A DNA stretch of 64,000 nucleotides from an uncultured bacterium (GCA_964607485.1 CAZSKP010000004.1:64001-128000), one strand, 5' to 3'. Counted from the stretch's first letter, positions 11,370 to 21,903 are shown. Numbers and translations are program-made. Notes: generated from the sequence alone by a model not told the origin.

Positions 11370-11530
11370 CAGACACAATCCTTTTCAGGATTCCCGTCTC
11401 ACAAACGGCCCAAAAGGAATGGAGTGCGCGGCGGAGTAACAGTGCGGCGCGTAGTAAGTATAGTAGTGAGATATTAGCGTGTCAAGCAAGTAAAGGTCTG
11501 CCTGCAGGCATTTGCCTTTCCCCCGCGGGG

Positions 11531-11561
11531 AGAAGCCTAACCGCTGTCCCAGGCTTCTTTT
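11531..11561 (+). terminator. hairpin with T-tract, possible intrinsic terminator
   Basis: AGAAGCCT-N12-AGGCTTCT followed by TTT, between divergent genes. Confidence 0.3.
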
Positions 11562-11833
11562 GTGCAGAAATCAGTGCATTCTGGTATGCTAATATCGTTT
11601 TCGGGATACCAAGAAGACCTGATAGCGTTGGGAGATGCAGGTCACTCTTTCCCCAACCGTCGGAAGCGAATCCAGTTCATACGTCAGTATTTTGGGGCGT
11701 CGGATTCACGAAAAGAGAGGACATTGAGATCCGAAAGCGGAAATAATGGACGTAAGATAGATCATTCTCTCCTTGGTCCTCTCCCGTCATGGGAGGGGAG
11801 GACGACGATGGGATGTGTAATGAAAGGAAATAT

Positions 11834-12586
11834 ATGAAAAGAATATTAGGTCATTCAGATCTCCTTGAATTGAAGCGGTGGAATACGCCCTCCGTCTATA
11901 ACGGGTGGGAGCAAGTGACTGAGCGTGATAGTGCGGGTGAGTGCTTCAATATGGAAGAGACCCGCGATTTCATGCCGCAGATGGGGCCCATGATTGGATA
12001 CGCGGTGACGGTCGTGTTTGAACCCTCAAATCCCAATCATGTTAAAGACAAACCGAACGGCTGGGCGGAATACCGCGACTATGTGGCTTCTGTAGATGGC
12101 CCGAAGATTGTCGTGGTGCAGGATCTTGACAAACCGCAAGGGGTCGGCTCTTTCTGGGGCGAGGTCAATTCCAATATACATAAGGCCCTGGGCTGTGTTG
12201 GAACAATCACCGACGGAGCGGTGCGGGATGTCGATGAGATGGCGAACGCGGGATTCAAGGCCATTGCGCGCAGAATGTGCGTTGGCCATGCCCATTGCCA
12301 TCCGGTAAACTGGAACTGCGAAGTAGAGGTGTTCGGTACAAAGGTGAAACCCGGAGACCTGATACACGCGGACAAACACGGATTCTTGGTTATCCCCCCT
12401 GAAGACCAGAAGCGTCTTCTTGAAGCTTCACGATTTATGGACAGCAATGAATGCAAGACCCTGATTCGCGCGGCGAGAAATTCCTCCGGAAAAACAAACA
12501 GGGAGATACTGGACAGCATAAATGAGGCCGGAAAAGAGTTCGGCAAGAACGTGAAGAAGAAATTCGGAGGACAAGGGGAGTGGTGA
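11834..12586 (+). CDS. RraA/HMG-aldolase family protein
   Basis: MIGYAVT, FWGEVNS, GTITDGAVRDVDE, VKPGDLIHADKHG. Confidence 0.88.
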   Translation: MKRILGHSDLLELKRWNTPSVYNGWEQVTERDSAGECFNMEETRDFMPQMGPMIGYAVTVVFEPSNPNHVKDKPNGWAEYRDYVASVDGPKIVVVQDLDKPQGVGSFWGEVNSNIHKALGCVGTITDGAVRDVDEMANAGFKAIARRMCVGHAHCHPVNWNCEVEVFGTKVKPGDLIHADKHGFLVIPPEDQKRLLEASRFMDSNECKTLIRAARNSSGKTNREILDSINEAGKEFGKNVKKKFGGQGEW

Positions 12587-12728
12587 TTCGATTGTGGAGT
12601 GCGTTATCGCGAACCGGAAATCCCGCTAAGGAGAGTTCGGGGGAATTTGGATTTGGAACTACTCAATAGTATGCAGTGTCGATGGGGGCAGGCCAAAGCC
12701 GTCTTCTTTGGGAAATCGCTGTACGCCA

Positions 12729-13703
12729 ATGACTGAAAAGTTTCGTCCGGCACCCGTATTGAAAAATCCTTTCCTCCAGACCGTTCTGGGCGGCAGCAAG
12801 TTGCGCAAGCTGGGAAACAACCCTATGCTGTCAGCCACCCGGGAAATGATACTTGAAACGAGTGACCATGTTCGGCTGATCGGCCACTATTCCGCCCACC
12901 CCGAATCCAGAGGCCTTGTGATCCTTTTAAGCGGCTGGCTGGGAGATGCGGGTTCCGCATACATCATCAGCACAGGCAGATATCTGTATCAAAATGGTTA
13001 CAGCGTTTTCAGGCTCAACTACCGGGATCACGGTGACAGCCATCATCTCAATGAGGGGCCTTTCTATGCAACCATGCTGGATGAAGTGTTTGAGTGCGTC
13101 GGCCAGGCGGCGTCCATTGAAAAAGGCCGGCCAGCCTTTCTGGCCGGTTTTTCCCTTGGGGGAAATTTTGCTCTGCGCATCGCCCGAAAGTGTGCGACAA
13201 CCCATATTGAAAGTCTGCAGCACATCGTCAGCATCAGCCCCCTCCTTGATCCGGAGAAAACAACGGATGCAGTTGACCGTAATAGAATCATCCGTACCTA
13301 TTTCTTGAAAAAATGGCGCAAATCCCTTTTGAAAAAACAGTCCCTCTTCCCCGAAAAATACGATTTTGGCAGTTTCCTCAACAACAATATACGCGACTTA
13401 ACCGAAGAACTGATTAAACAGTACAGCTCCTATGAAAATGCACAGCAATATTTCGAAGCTTATTCAATCAAAAATGACTCACTCATGAACATACCCGTTC
13501 CAACCACCATTGTTACCGCAGAAGACGACCCCATCATTCCCATTGCGGATTTTCGTCGGCTGAAACTGAATCGCCTGACAAAGCTTGTGATTCATCAATA
13601 TGGGGGACATAACGGCTTTATAGAGAACTTCAGGCTCAATACATGGTATGAGAGACACATGGTAGACCTTTTTGATGAGATTGTTGGCGCCAGTCTTTCA
13701 TAA
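12729..13703 (+). CDS. alpha/beta hydrolase, YheT-like
   Basis: GFSLGGN nucleophile elbow, EDDPII Asp, GGHNGF His. Confidence 0.88.
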   Translation: MTEKFRPAPVLKNPFLQTVLGGSKLRKLGNNPMLSATREMILETSDHVRLIGHYSAHPESRGLVILLSGWLGDAGSAYIISTGRYLYQNGYSVFRLNYRDHGDSHHLNEGPFYATMLDEVFECVGQAASIEKGRPAFLAGFSLGGNFALRIARKCATTHIESLQHIVSISPLLDPEKTTDAVDRNRIIRTYFLKKWRKSLLKKQSLFPEKYDFGSFLNNNIRDLTEELIKQYSSYENAQQYFEAYSIKNDSLMNIPVPTTIVTAEDDPIIPIADFRRLKLNRLTKLVIHQYGGHNGFIENFRLNTWYERHMVDLFDEIVGASLS

Positions 13704-13734
13704 TCGATCCTGCACAACCCGATGATGAGACGTC

Positions 13735-13939
13735 GCCGCCCGAAAACTCCCGCCGCCTGGCATTGACATGAACGCAGTCCTGCCGCTATAACTGCGCCAC
13801 TGTTTTCTACCGACATGCAACCAGGGAATTCCGATGCTCGCGAAGGTCTTCAGCAGTTGCGTGTTCGGGGTGGACGCCTACCAGGTCGAGGTCGAGGTGG
13901 ACCTGGGCGGCGGGCTGCCTTCGTACAAAGTCGTTGGCT
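13735..13939 (+). pseudogene. comM: duplicated comM/YifB promoter plus first ~35 codons
   Basis: 7 mismatches in 176 nt (13763-13938) versus 45443-45618; homology ends abruptly after LPSYKVVG. Confidence 0.92.
13763..13792 (+). promoter_or_regulatory. sigma70-type promoter (copy of the comM promoter)
   Basis: TTGACA-N18-TATAAC. Confidence 0.65.
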
Positions 13940-14013
13940 CGGGAGGCGCCAGCTCAAACCTCTCCGCCCACAAGAACTCTCGCAGCTTTCCAGCCTCCCA
14001 TAAGACTGGCCGC

Positions 14014-14056
14014 GTTGGTAAACCCTTCCGGGCTACGCCCTCCAGGGTTCACCAAC
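14014..14056. other. nested hairpin near the comM-fragment breakpoint, possibly a mobile-element remnant
   Basis: GTTGGTAAACCCT/AGGGTTCACCAAC 13-bp stem (1 mismatch) enclosing GGGC-TAC-GCCC. Confidence 0.4.
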
Positions 14057-14155
14057 CTCTCCCCAATACACTCGCTCCCTTTTGTGCCAGTTGTTATCCG
14101 CTATTATCGTTGCAATGTCGATCGAGCCAAAGCCGGACTGTTTCTCGTCCTTCTA

Positions 14156-14605
14156 TTATCGATAAGGAAAGAGGCTGCGCTTGAAGTCGTCAAGTTGATT
14201 GAGGAGTTTCAAGTGCTTGGATTCGTCTTCAAGCAAATATGTGAGGAGATACCTGATCTCAAATAGTCGACTGTCGCGAATCGCTTCCTGCGCGATATCC
14301 ACTGACTTATGCTCGATCCCGTGGTAGCCTTCCACCAAATCCCATATTTCCACCAGCTCGTCCGGCGTCAGGTGAAGTGCCTCCTTTGTAAGGCTATCTC
14401 TAATAAGCTTCAGAACTTCAATATGCGACTCTGAATCTCTTCGGATTATTTCAGCGATCATTTTTATCAAAGTATTCTTGGTTCTTTTCTGAACTTCGGT
14501 GCATGTTTTTGCTGAAAGTGATTCCATCTTCTGCCATTTGTCCAAGTCAACAAGAAATCGCTCCTTCTTCTCAGCAGACTCCAATGACTTCCTTGGCATG
14601 ATCAA
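14156..14605 (-). CDS. ferritin-like four-helix-bundle protein
   Basis: Two helical repeats with DSESH and EDESKH metal-ligand motifs. Confidence 0.7.
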   Translation of the reverse strand: MIMPRKSLESAEKKERFLVDLDKWQKMESLSAKTCTEVQKRTKNTLIKMIAEIIRRDSESHIEVLKLIRDSLTKEALHLTPDELVEIWDLVEGYHGIEHKSVDIAQEAIRDSRLFEIRYLLTYLLEDESKHLKLLNQLDDFKRSLFPYR

Positions 14606-14930
14606 TCACCCTTTCTTGCCACAGTTCACCTCGCAAGAGTTTTCGGGTTACGGCTCCAATCGTGCGGACGTTCTCCCCATGTCCAGCCAAACCAGGGAAA
14701 ACTCTTGAGAAGGCTGAGGCGCCCCTATAAAACTGAGGCAACACACCCTAAACCATTGGCCTAAGAGCCTTTATTCCTTAGCCCGTTCTGACACCCTCGC
14801 CAGTTGGTAGCTCTGGCCTTGAACATGCGCACATTAATTATACCATGATCTATTGAGCTGTGGCGTATCCGGTGACAATTTGAGAAAAAACAATAGATTT
14901 GCTCATATATTAATTATTTCCAATTTTTGG

Positions 14931-15005
14931 AAAATCAACCTTCCACCCATCCGATCGTTCAAATAGCGCCCTCAGAGAGTGCATAATACGTTTTCAATTC
15001 TGCAT
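14931..15005 (+). repeat. intergenic repeat family, copy B
   Basis: AATCAACCTTCCACCCATCCGATCGTTCAAATAGCGCCCTCAGAGAGTGCA-TAATA-CGTTTTCAATTCTGCAT. Confidence 0.9.
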
Positions 15006-15116
15006 TTTATGAGATGGCGTCTTCCCCCGAAAGGGTAGCCCAATAGGATCTCTTGCTTTGAACATCGTTCTGGAGCCGTTTCAGGCCTTAGAAGAGGCAG
15101 GTGCGTCGAATAACCA

Positions 15117-16034
15117 TTAGAGACTATTCAGTTTGGTGAACAGGTCGCGAAAGATCGGGTCGCGATGGACATAGGTGGCATAGCGGATAAGATGCCGGCT
15201 GCCATCAAAACTCCAGGTGAGTTCATCGGTCACAATCGGGCTGTTGACCAACTCTGTCGGTACCCAATTGTCGTTGATGAGGTAGGCAATGGCGGAGATA
15301 TCCCAGATGATTTTAGACCAGCCAAAGTGGTCTGTATGATACCCTTTAACAGTCTCCACCAGGTAATTTCCTAACTCACTCCTGCCGAGGACAAAAGCCT
15401 CAAGCTCAGGGACCGTGGTCTGCAGGTGAGACGCGACACCCATGGCGGGAATATGAACCAGCGGCACGCCGCAATCGAAGATAAGCCGCGAGGCCGGCAC
15501 GTCCTGCCATAAATTGAATTCCTGCGTATGCGGCCAGTGCAGGGCATGCCCGCCCAACCAGACAACCACAATCCTGTCGACAATCTCAGGCTCCATGAGA
15601 ATTGCGGAAGCCACATTGGTGATGGCCCCGATAGCGACGACATAGAGCAGGTCATCCGCTGACGCGGCCATAGCCCGCGCCACCAGATTTGATGCGGCCT
15701 CACTATCCTGAGGCTGAAGGTTGGCGTTAAGGTAGGCGGTCGATCCCCTATAGGCAAAATCTTCTGCGGGCCACTGCATTTTACTTAACAGCCTGATAAT
15801 CTCCTCATAGCTTTTTTCCATGCCGTCTGCCGGTCCCGAAGACCGGTCGTTGTGGAACGGTGCGGCGTAGATCGCTTCAACCGCCAGCCGGTCCGGCGAC
15901 AGCAGCGCATAGACCAGGGCAAACTGATCGTCAACTTCATTATAAGTATCCGTATCAAGTACCATCCGTACCTTATTCGTTGGCGGCTGCAACCGAGCCA
16001 GGCGCGCCGATTCAGAAATGGTCGGAAATTTCAC
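15117..16034 (-). CDS. nucleoside hydrolase (IUNH family)
   Basis: DTDTYNEVDD, IGAITNVA, WLGG, EFN, IWD motifs. Confidence 0.9.
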   Translation of the reverse strand: MKFPTISESARLARLQPPTNKVRMVLDTDTYNEVDDQFALVYALLSPDRLAVEAIYAAPFHNDRSSGPADGMEKSYEEIIRLLSKMQWPAEDFAYRGSTAYLNANLQPQDSEAASNLVARAMAASADDLLYVVAIGAITNVASAILMEPEIVDRIVVVWLGGHALHWPHTQEFNLWQDVPASRLIFDCGVPLVHIPAMGVASHLQTTVPELEAFVLGRSELGNYLVETVKGYHTDHFGWSKIIWDISAIAYLINDNWVPTELVNSPIVTDELTWSFDGSRHLIRYATYVHRDPIFRDLFTKLNSL

Positions 16035-16276
16035 TATCTCTTCACCTTTCAGAAGGTAACCCGTTGTTGATGAATATAAGAGTCGTGCCCAAAAAGCCTC
16101 GATGCGCGCGTGGCGTTTGATGCGTCGCCATTATAGCCACTGCGTTTCCACTTTATCAGTAGCTTTGTTGCAAGCAGAACATGAAGGAACTCTGTAAATG
16201 ATCTATTCCTCCAGCGGCCTTGCGAAGCACATCTACTAAGCCTGCGTATTAGGCGTCTCCATGAGCATTGCATATG

Positions 16277-16388
16277 AGCGCGGGGAATAGATTCCTGAGA
16301 ATACAGTGAGAACCTTCACTTTCCCGGCCATCCGATCGTTCAAATGGCGTCCTCAGGTAGTGCGCAATACGTATTCAACTCTTGACTG
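16277..16388 (+). repeat. intergenic repeat family, copy C (deletion in left part)
   Basis: ATAGATTCCTGAGAATAC..CCTTCACTTTCCCGG|CCATCCGATCGTTCAAATGGCGTCCTCAGGTAGTGCG-CAATA-CGTATTCAACTCTTGACT. Confidence 0.85.
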
Positions 16389-16411
16389 GCTTTACAAGGC
16401 CGATTCTATCG

Positions 16412-17578
16412 CTATAGCGGTATCGTCAGTTCGTCAAGGGTCTCGGGCGCTTCGGTGAGCTTCGCGTTTCCCGTGTCGGTAATCAGCACCGTGTCGGAGT
16501 GTCGGAAGCCGCCCACGCCCTCTATGTAGATCCCCGGCTCGATGCTGATCATCATTCCCGGCACGAGTTCGCGCTCGTCGCCGAGAGCGACATACGGGGC
16601 CTCATGGCCGGTTATTCCCATACCGTGACCCGTTCGGTGGATGATGTTATGGCCGTAGCCCGCATCTGCAATGACTTTGCGCACTCTCTTGTCTATCTCG
16701 CTCAGAACTGCGCCGGGTTTCGCCATGTCATAGGCAAGCGCCCTTGCCTCCATGGAAACCTCGAAAGGCCTTTTTGCGTTTTCGGGCACGTGGCCGAGGA
16801 AAAATGTCCTCTCGATCTCTACGCCGTAACCGTCAATCTGTCCTCCTACGCCGGAGACATGCGGGCCGCCCTCCTCCATGGGAAGGAACGGGGTAGGCAC
16901 AAAATGCGGGTCGTGCGACTTTGATGGAGGCAGGACCATCGCTACGGGCTTGGTGACAAAGTAATTGCAGTCCGGGATGTCTTCGAGAATTTTTTCCATC
17001 AGGAATCGTTGGACTTCGGTAAATACGAACATCTCCAATGCGCCCGGTCTTGCAACCTCGAGCAGCACCTTGTGTCCCTCGCTTATGATCCCACAGGCAT
17101 GTACGTTCCGTCCGATTTCGTATTCCGTCTTGACAAGGCGAACCTCATCGATGATGTCGTCGACTATCTGCTCTCCGGGCGTTTTCTTGGAGATATGAAT
17201 TGGCATGGCGCCTTCGATTCCCACGAGGGCATCGTTCTCGATCAGAAGTTGATACACCTCGAACCAGTTCTCGCCTTTCGGGGCGGGAAACTCATAGTAT
17301 GTTACATAATCCAGTTCTATCCGCGCCCGTGTCTTAACATGGGCTGCCTCCAGAAGGGGACACACCATGTTCGGCGCTCCACTATTCGATATCACCAGGA
17401 GAAAGGGCCGCTCGTGCACATAATTGGCGAAGTTGGTAAGGTAATAGATGTTCACCGGATCGAAGGAGACATAGTAGTCCAGGTTTCTTTCCCGCATCAA
17501 CGCTCTTACCTTCTCCAGACGACCGGTGAGTTCCTCCTCGGTTGGAGGTGACGCTATCGGCTTTGGTGTTTCGCTCAT
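16412..17578 (-). CDS. Xaa-Pro peptidase family (M24) protein
   Basis: Creatinase-type N-domain, HRTGHGMG..HEAP, SIEPGIY, GFRHSDT. Confidence 0.9.
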   Translation of the reverse strand: MSETPKPIASPPTEEELTGRLEKVRALMRERNLDYYVSFDPVNIYYLTNFANYVHERPFLLVISNSGAPNMVCPLLEAAHVKTRARIELDYVTYYEFPAPKGENWFEVYQLLIENDALVGIEGAMPIHISKKTPGEQIVDDIIDEVRLVKTEYEIGRNVHACGIISEGHKVLLEVARPGALEMFVFTEVQRFLMEKILEDIPDCNYFVTKPVAMVLPPSKSHDPHFVPTPFLPMEEGGPHVSGVGGQIDGYGVEIERTFFLGHVPENAKRPFEVSMEARALAYDMAKPGAVLSEIDKRVRKVIADAGYGHNIIHRTGHGMGITGHEAPYVALGDERELVPGMMISIEPGIYIEGVGGFRHSDTVLITDTGNAKLTEAPETLDELTIPL

Positions 17579-17735
17579 GGCTTCCTCCGATAATCCTTAT
17601 CTTAAGCCCCAACGTCTATGAGTTTTCCCTCATTGATTTAGAATATCATATCATATTGGACAGCCCTGCAAATGGCAGTGCGAACAATCCAGTTCCGTGT
17701 CAAACCTCGCCGTTTCCCTTACCTCTCGGAGGGAA

Positions 17736-17793
17736 ATCCGACCTTTTAGATATCGCTCTGAGAGAGTGTAAAAGACGTTTTCGATTCTGCACT
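17736..17793 (+). repeat. intergenic repeat family, copy D
   Basis: ATCCGACCTTTTAGATATCGCTCTGAGAGAGTGTA-AAAGA-CGTTTTCGATTCTGCACT. Confidence 0.85.
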
Positions 17794-17900
17794 AGTTACG
17801 ACCTTTCCCATAAAGCATTCTTGCTCTTTACGAAACTGAAGGACACCCATCTCACTAGGGTCGGGATGACCTCAAATCTGATGCTGCCTAGGGTTGAGAT

Positions 17901-17929
17901 TTGACATTTGCGCTTTGCCGGTTTATAAT
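17901..17929 (+). promoter_or_regulatory. consensus sigma70 promoter
   Basis: TTGACA-N17-TATAAT upstream of the response regulator. Confidence 0.75.
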
Positions 17930-18108
17930 TTGGTTGAAATTACTTTCCCAACCTCAGGTGCTTCCCGGAGGGGAACAATGGCGCTGGGGTTTGCAAAGGG
18001 AATTCAAAAAGGGCTGTCTTCTCTGACTGTAGGAAGAGAGAAGACAGTTTTTTTATTTGCCGGTCTAAGAATCTTCAGAGACAAGTTGGATCCCATCCGG
18101 CAAAAGCG

Positions 18109-18528
18109 ATGATGTCGGCCATGCTTTCCCAAAAAGCGGAAAAGAAAGTTCTTGTGGTGGACGACAATGAAGATGTTCTAGATTCAATCAAGATTCTCCT
18201 TGAGCTTATCGGATTGAAGGTCAAGGCGATGAGGGGTGGAGAAGAAGCCATTGAGGAGATTAAAGGTCACAAATATGATCTGTTGGTCTTTGATGTCGCC
18301 ATGCCGGGGATTGATGGAGTTGAATTGTATAAAGTAGTCAAGAGCAGCGAAGAACACAAGAACACCCCAGTACTGTTCACTTCTGGATTCCCCAGCTGGA
18401 TCGAGCCTGAGGAACAAAGAAGGAAGATATTCAGCAAAGCAGAGGCCTATATTCAGAAGCCTTTCAATACGGACGCTTTCATCGAAACGATTCAAGGGCT
18501 CTTGAAGGTACGGGATTCTATCACATGA
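18109..18528 (+). CDS. single-domain response regulator (receiver)
   Basis: VLVVDD, FDVAMPGIDG phospho-Asp, QKPF. Confidence 0.9.
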   Translation: MMSAMLSQKAEKKVLVVDDNEDVLDSIKILLELIGLKVKAMRGGEEAIEEIKGHKYDLLVFDVAMPGIDGVELYKVVKSSEEHKNTPVLFTSGFPSWIEPEEQRRKIFSKAEAYIQKPFNTDAFIETIQGLLKVRDSIT

Positions 18529-18604
18529 ATAGGTCCAATTATTTCATGACGACCATTGGCCTGACGGCTCAGAGGCATACGCAGGGAACCTCAGGAGAGG
18601 ATAG

Positions 18605-18865
18605 ATGCTTGATTGGATAATTATCACGCTGGCTTTAGTTTCTTTGATCCCCCTATTGACTGAGTTTCGGGTCAGATGGTTTTCACGGAAAAGGAAAGAT
18701 CCCCATATTTATGAGCAACTGGCAAAGACCGTCAACAGAATAGCGAACGATGCACACAAAGATGAGGAATTATCAGCTGTTAGGAAACGCCTTAAGAAAT
18801 TTTCGGGGACTGGCCAGAGCGATAAGCGAATCTCCAGAATCGAACAGACAGTCCCGTCAATCTGA
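18605..18865 (+). CDS. small membrane-anchored hypothetical protein
   Basis: AGGAGAGG RBS, N-terminal hydrophobic helix followed by basic residues. Confidence 0.55.
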   Translation: MLDWIIITLALVSLIPLLTEFRVRWFSRKRKDPHIYEQLAKTVNRIANDAHKDEELSAVRKRLKKFSGTGQSDKRISRIEQTVPSI

Positions 18866-18979
18866 AACTTGCCGGACTCAGAGCATCAAGTCGATTCTAA
18901 TACAGCGATTGAATAGACCAGTTTCCTAAAAGGCAATCCATCGATGTGCACTTTAAAGGTTTCCTAAGGGAGATTTGGA

Positions 18980-19444
18980 ATGCCTGCCAAGAGAATCTTT
19001 GAGGGTTTGAGCAAGCCTGAGATAAACCGCATATTCGATTTGGGCGTGATTCGCCCAATTAACGAAGGAGAACTGATATTTCGCAAGGGCGACATCGGCC
19101 AAGAAATGTATATCATATTGACGGGAATGATTAATATTGTTGATGAGTTGAAAGCCAATGCTTTAGGAATTATTGCGGAATTGGGGCCCGGCGAGGTCCT
19201 CGGCGAAGTCGCGATATTTGGGGAACCCCATAAGCACTCGGCCCACGCCATTGCCAAGGAACGGACGCAGGTTCTCGTGCTGAGCGAGAAGATGCTAAAC
19301 GAGCTGTTTGAAAAAGATATTCCAAAGAAATTCCTTATGAATATTATCAAGATACTCTGTCATCGTCTTAGGGTCACTAACCGCATGTACATGATCGCCA
19401 AATTCAGCGACAAACTTCTCCCGAAGGAAAGATCAGTGGAATGA
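18980..19444 (+). CDS. stand-alone cyclic nucleotide-binding domain protein
   Basis: IFRKGDIG.EMYIILTG, LGPGEVLGEVA, SAHAIA; no HTH. Confidence 0.85.
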   Translation: MPAKRIFEGLSKPEINRIFDLGVIRPINEGELIFRKGDIGQEMYIILTGMINIVDELKANALGIIAELGPGEVLGEVAIFGEPHKHSAHAIAKERTQVLVLSEKMLNELFEKDIPKKFLMNIIKILCHRLRVTNRMYMIAKFSDKLLPKERSVE

Positions 19445-19488
19445 AGTTGCAGTAGGTCTAATCGTTCGAAATCGCGGCCAAAATCTCC

Positions 19489-19540
19489 AACTCTACCACC
19501 GGTCCGATCGTTCATTGGTGAGTTTCAATTCTTGACTGAT
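19489..19540 (+). repeat. intergenic repeat family, copy E (internally deleted)
   Basis: CCACCGGTCCGATCGTTCA...TTTCAATTCTTGACTG. Confidence 0.6.
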
Positions 19541-19689
19541 TTTCGCTTATCAAGAACCGAATTCTCAGCCTCCAGAAGCGTAGAATTCCCCCCTCCCTGA
19601 GAAGTTTCTTCGCCCCTCCAAATCTCAAACTCTCAGTGGCAAGATCCCTTTGCATTCTGATATACTGAACTCAAAGAAAAGGTGATGCC

Positions 19690-20499
19690 ATGGCAAAAAT
19701 CACAATTGACGGAATTGAGCTCTACTATGAGCTACATGGTTCTGAAGGCCCCTATCTAACCCTCATCTGCGGTCTTGGCTCTCATTTGGCCGCCTGGGAT
19801 TTGGAGCTTGTTGAAGAGCTCTCTAAGAAGACACAATTAGTTCTGTTTGATAATCGAGGGGCAGGACGCAGCGACAAGCCGGATGTCGATTATTCAATTC
19901 AGATGCACGCAGACGATGCTGCAGGTTTGATCGATGCGCTTGGCATCGCAAGGTCTCATATCCTGGGAGCGTCCATGGGAGGAATGATCGCCCAGGAATT
20001 TGCTCTACGCCATTCTGACAGGACAGAAAGCCTCATACTGTGTTGCACGGCTCCCGGTGGAGACATGATGGTCCCGCCCGAGCAGGAAGTTATCCAAAAA
20101 CTTGCTCAAGTAGATGGACTAACCCCGGAAGAAATCTGGCGCAAGAACCTTCCCCTCAGTTTCACGAAGGAGTTCATCCAGAATAATGAAGAGTGGCTCG
20201 ACGAGAAAATGCGTCGAGAGCTTCCATACACTGCGCCACCGTTCTCCTTCAAACGCCAAATGGCGGCGGCAATGCGGCATGATGCTTATGATCGTCTGCC
20301 AGACATAAAATGCCCGACATTAGTGATGACCGGGACAAAGGACATCCTTATTCCACCGCAGAACTCGGATCTTATTGCATCTCAGATCCATGAGGCGGTG
20401 CTTAAGAGGTATGAGTCTGTGGGCCACGCATTCATGACAGAGGTTAGAGAAGAAGTGGTGCGTGACATCCTGGATTTTGTGACGCAAAGCCCTTCTTGA
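19690..20499 (+). CDS. alpha/beta hydrolase (enol-lactonase-like)
   Basis: DNRGAGRS, GASMGG, GTKD, GH catalytic triad. Confidence 0.9.
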   Translation: MAKITIDGIELYYELHGSEGPYLTLICGLGSHLAAWDLELVEELSKKTQLVLFDNRGAGRSDKPDVDYSIQMHADDAAGLIDALGIARSHILGASMGGMIAQEFALRHSDRTESLILCCTAPGGDMMVPPEQEVIQKLAQVDGLTPEEIWRKNLPLSFTKEFIQNNEEWLDEKMRRELPYTAPPFSFKRQMAAAMRHDAYDRLPDIKCPTLVMTGTKDILIPPQNSDLIASQIHEAVLKRYESVGHAFMTEVREEVVRDILDFVTQSPS

Positions 20500-20515
20500 T
20501 AGATCGCAGATTCTA

Positions 20516-20614
20516 AGATTCCCCGGAATAACAGTTGAAAACTTCACTCCGCCGTTTTTCCATAGGTGCACATTTCACCCATCCGATTGCCTAAATATCG
20601 CTCTCAGCTAGTCC
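20516..20614 (+). repeat. intergenic repeat family, copy F (right end lost)
   Basis: GAAAACTTCACT..GGTGCACATTTCACCCATCCGATTGCCTAAATATCGCTCTCAGCTAGTCC. Confidence 0.85.
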
Positions 20615-20741
20615 AGACCGAGATGCAGCTCCCATCCTTTCAATTTCCTAAATTTCGTCTTCGCTCATTTTGGGCAACCTCTCCCTATCTTGACTCTTGA
20701 ACGGAACGGCACCTGCCAGCCTGCTATGCTTGTGCTGGCGG

Positions 20742-21209
20742 TTATCTCAGATCAGCGAGGACTTTATCCGCCACCTGTCGAGCGGCTTCTTTTCGCTCGG
20801 CTTCCGGGACATCGTCAATATTCATGAGGTCTGAATATTTGCGATATATACTGAGGCCGTCGAAAATGCGCAGGCTCTCCCCACCAATCAGGTTTTTCAT
20901 GATTCGGCCATGACAATGCATGAAGCAGCCATCAATCACTACAAACTTTTCAGCCTCCCTTGCCCATTTCGCTATAGCCGAATCGGGGGCCGTGAATATT
21001 TCTCCGTGGCAGCTGCGTGCAAACGGTTCTTCCTTTGCCACCATGTTAGCTGCGAGCCTGGCAATTTCCCCACGGATGCATCCACCTTCGCATGAAATGA
21101 CCGGTATTTTCCCCTGCGCGAGCATCGCATTCCCCGCAGTTTCTCCAACCGGGCAGACATTTGTCGCGCTTTGAACTTCGAGACTAAAACTTCTTTTTGA
21201 CTCACTCAT
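20742..21209 (-). CDS. DGC-domain putative zinc-binding protein
   Basis: SCEGGC..GEIAR, SC, IDGCFMHC. Confidence 0.8.
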   Translation of the reverse strand: MSESKRSFSLEVQSATNVCPVGETAGNAMLAQGKIPVISCEGGCIRGEIARLAANMVAKEEPFARSCHGEIFTAPDSAIAKWAREAEKFVVIDGCFMHCHGRIMKNLIGGESLRIFDGLSIYRKYSDLMNIDDVPEAERKEAARQVADKVLADLR

Positions 21210-21450
21210 GACAGCCTCCTCGCCTGGCCATCCGCAGTTATGGCCACGGCATTGTGATTGCGAACGTTTTTCTTGATCCCATCGCTCCTCGGAACCTTGC
21301 CTACCGTCTGAGAAATCGTTCCATCTCCGCCACAGCCTCCAGAGTCTGTAGCCATTGTCTTTACTCTTTCTTTTTGGCCGAAGAACTTTTAAGATCTTTA
21401 GTCCACTCGCACTTCACTTGACTATAATGGCACGGTGATTCCTCGAGCCA

Positions 21451-21768
21451 TCAGTTTTTGCTTTTCCACCTTATGCGGCTGAAGACACCGATCCACAAGC
21501 CGAACGCTATCATCGCGAGCGGCCAAAACTGTTCCGCCTGAATCCATCCCACGGTATCGGCCAACCAGAGCAGGCCAATCGCGATGAGCAGGATTCCGAA
21601 CCGGCTATGTGAGCCTCTGCCGGCCCTGGCGCGGCCGCCACACCAATCCCAGCAGCTCCAGTCGGTATTGGCGCTACGCTTTTCAGCGGCCTGCCCTGAT
21701 GCGGACTCGTCGCGAGGCTGCTGTTGCCCCAAGTCTGCTGCCTGAGAGGTTCCAGACTTCTTATTCAT
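21451..21768 (-). CDS. small two-TM membrane protein (LiaI/LiaF-TM-like)
   Basis: FGILLIAIGLLWL...FWPLAMIAFGLW; AGGAG RBS. Confidence 0.6.
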   Translation of the reverse strand: MNKKSGTSQAADLGQQQPRDESASGQAAEKRSANTDWSCWDWCGGRARAGRGSHSRFGILLIAIGLLWLADTVGWIQAEQFWPLAMIAFGLWIGVFSRIRWKSKN

Positions 21769-21808
21769 TGTCCTGCTCCTTTCCCTGCTTCCTGAGTGTA
21801 GCCCTACA

Positions 21809-21877
21809 TTATCCGCAACAGCCGGGCGCCTGTTTCGACTCGCTGGACGAGGAAGTCTCCGAAACGGGTTTCCTCAT
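21809..21877 (-). CDS. 22-aa micro-ORF ending in GCCG (or detached tail of the upstream gene)
   Basis: AAGGAG RBS, MRKPVSETSSSSESKQAPGCCG*. Confidence 0.4.
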   Translation of the reverse strand: MRKPVSETSSSSESKQAPGCCG

Positions 21878-21903
21878 CGAACTCCTTTATCCTCGCCTAT
21901 CCG

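Noticed and set aside
13834-14184. 116-aa ORF as a real protein
   Set aside because: Only the first ~35 codons are comM; the rest is readthrough into non-coding junction DNA.
21206-21355. 49-aa minus-strand ORF overlapping the DGC gene start (ATGA)
   Set aside because: Weak RBS and no recognisable motif.
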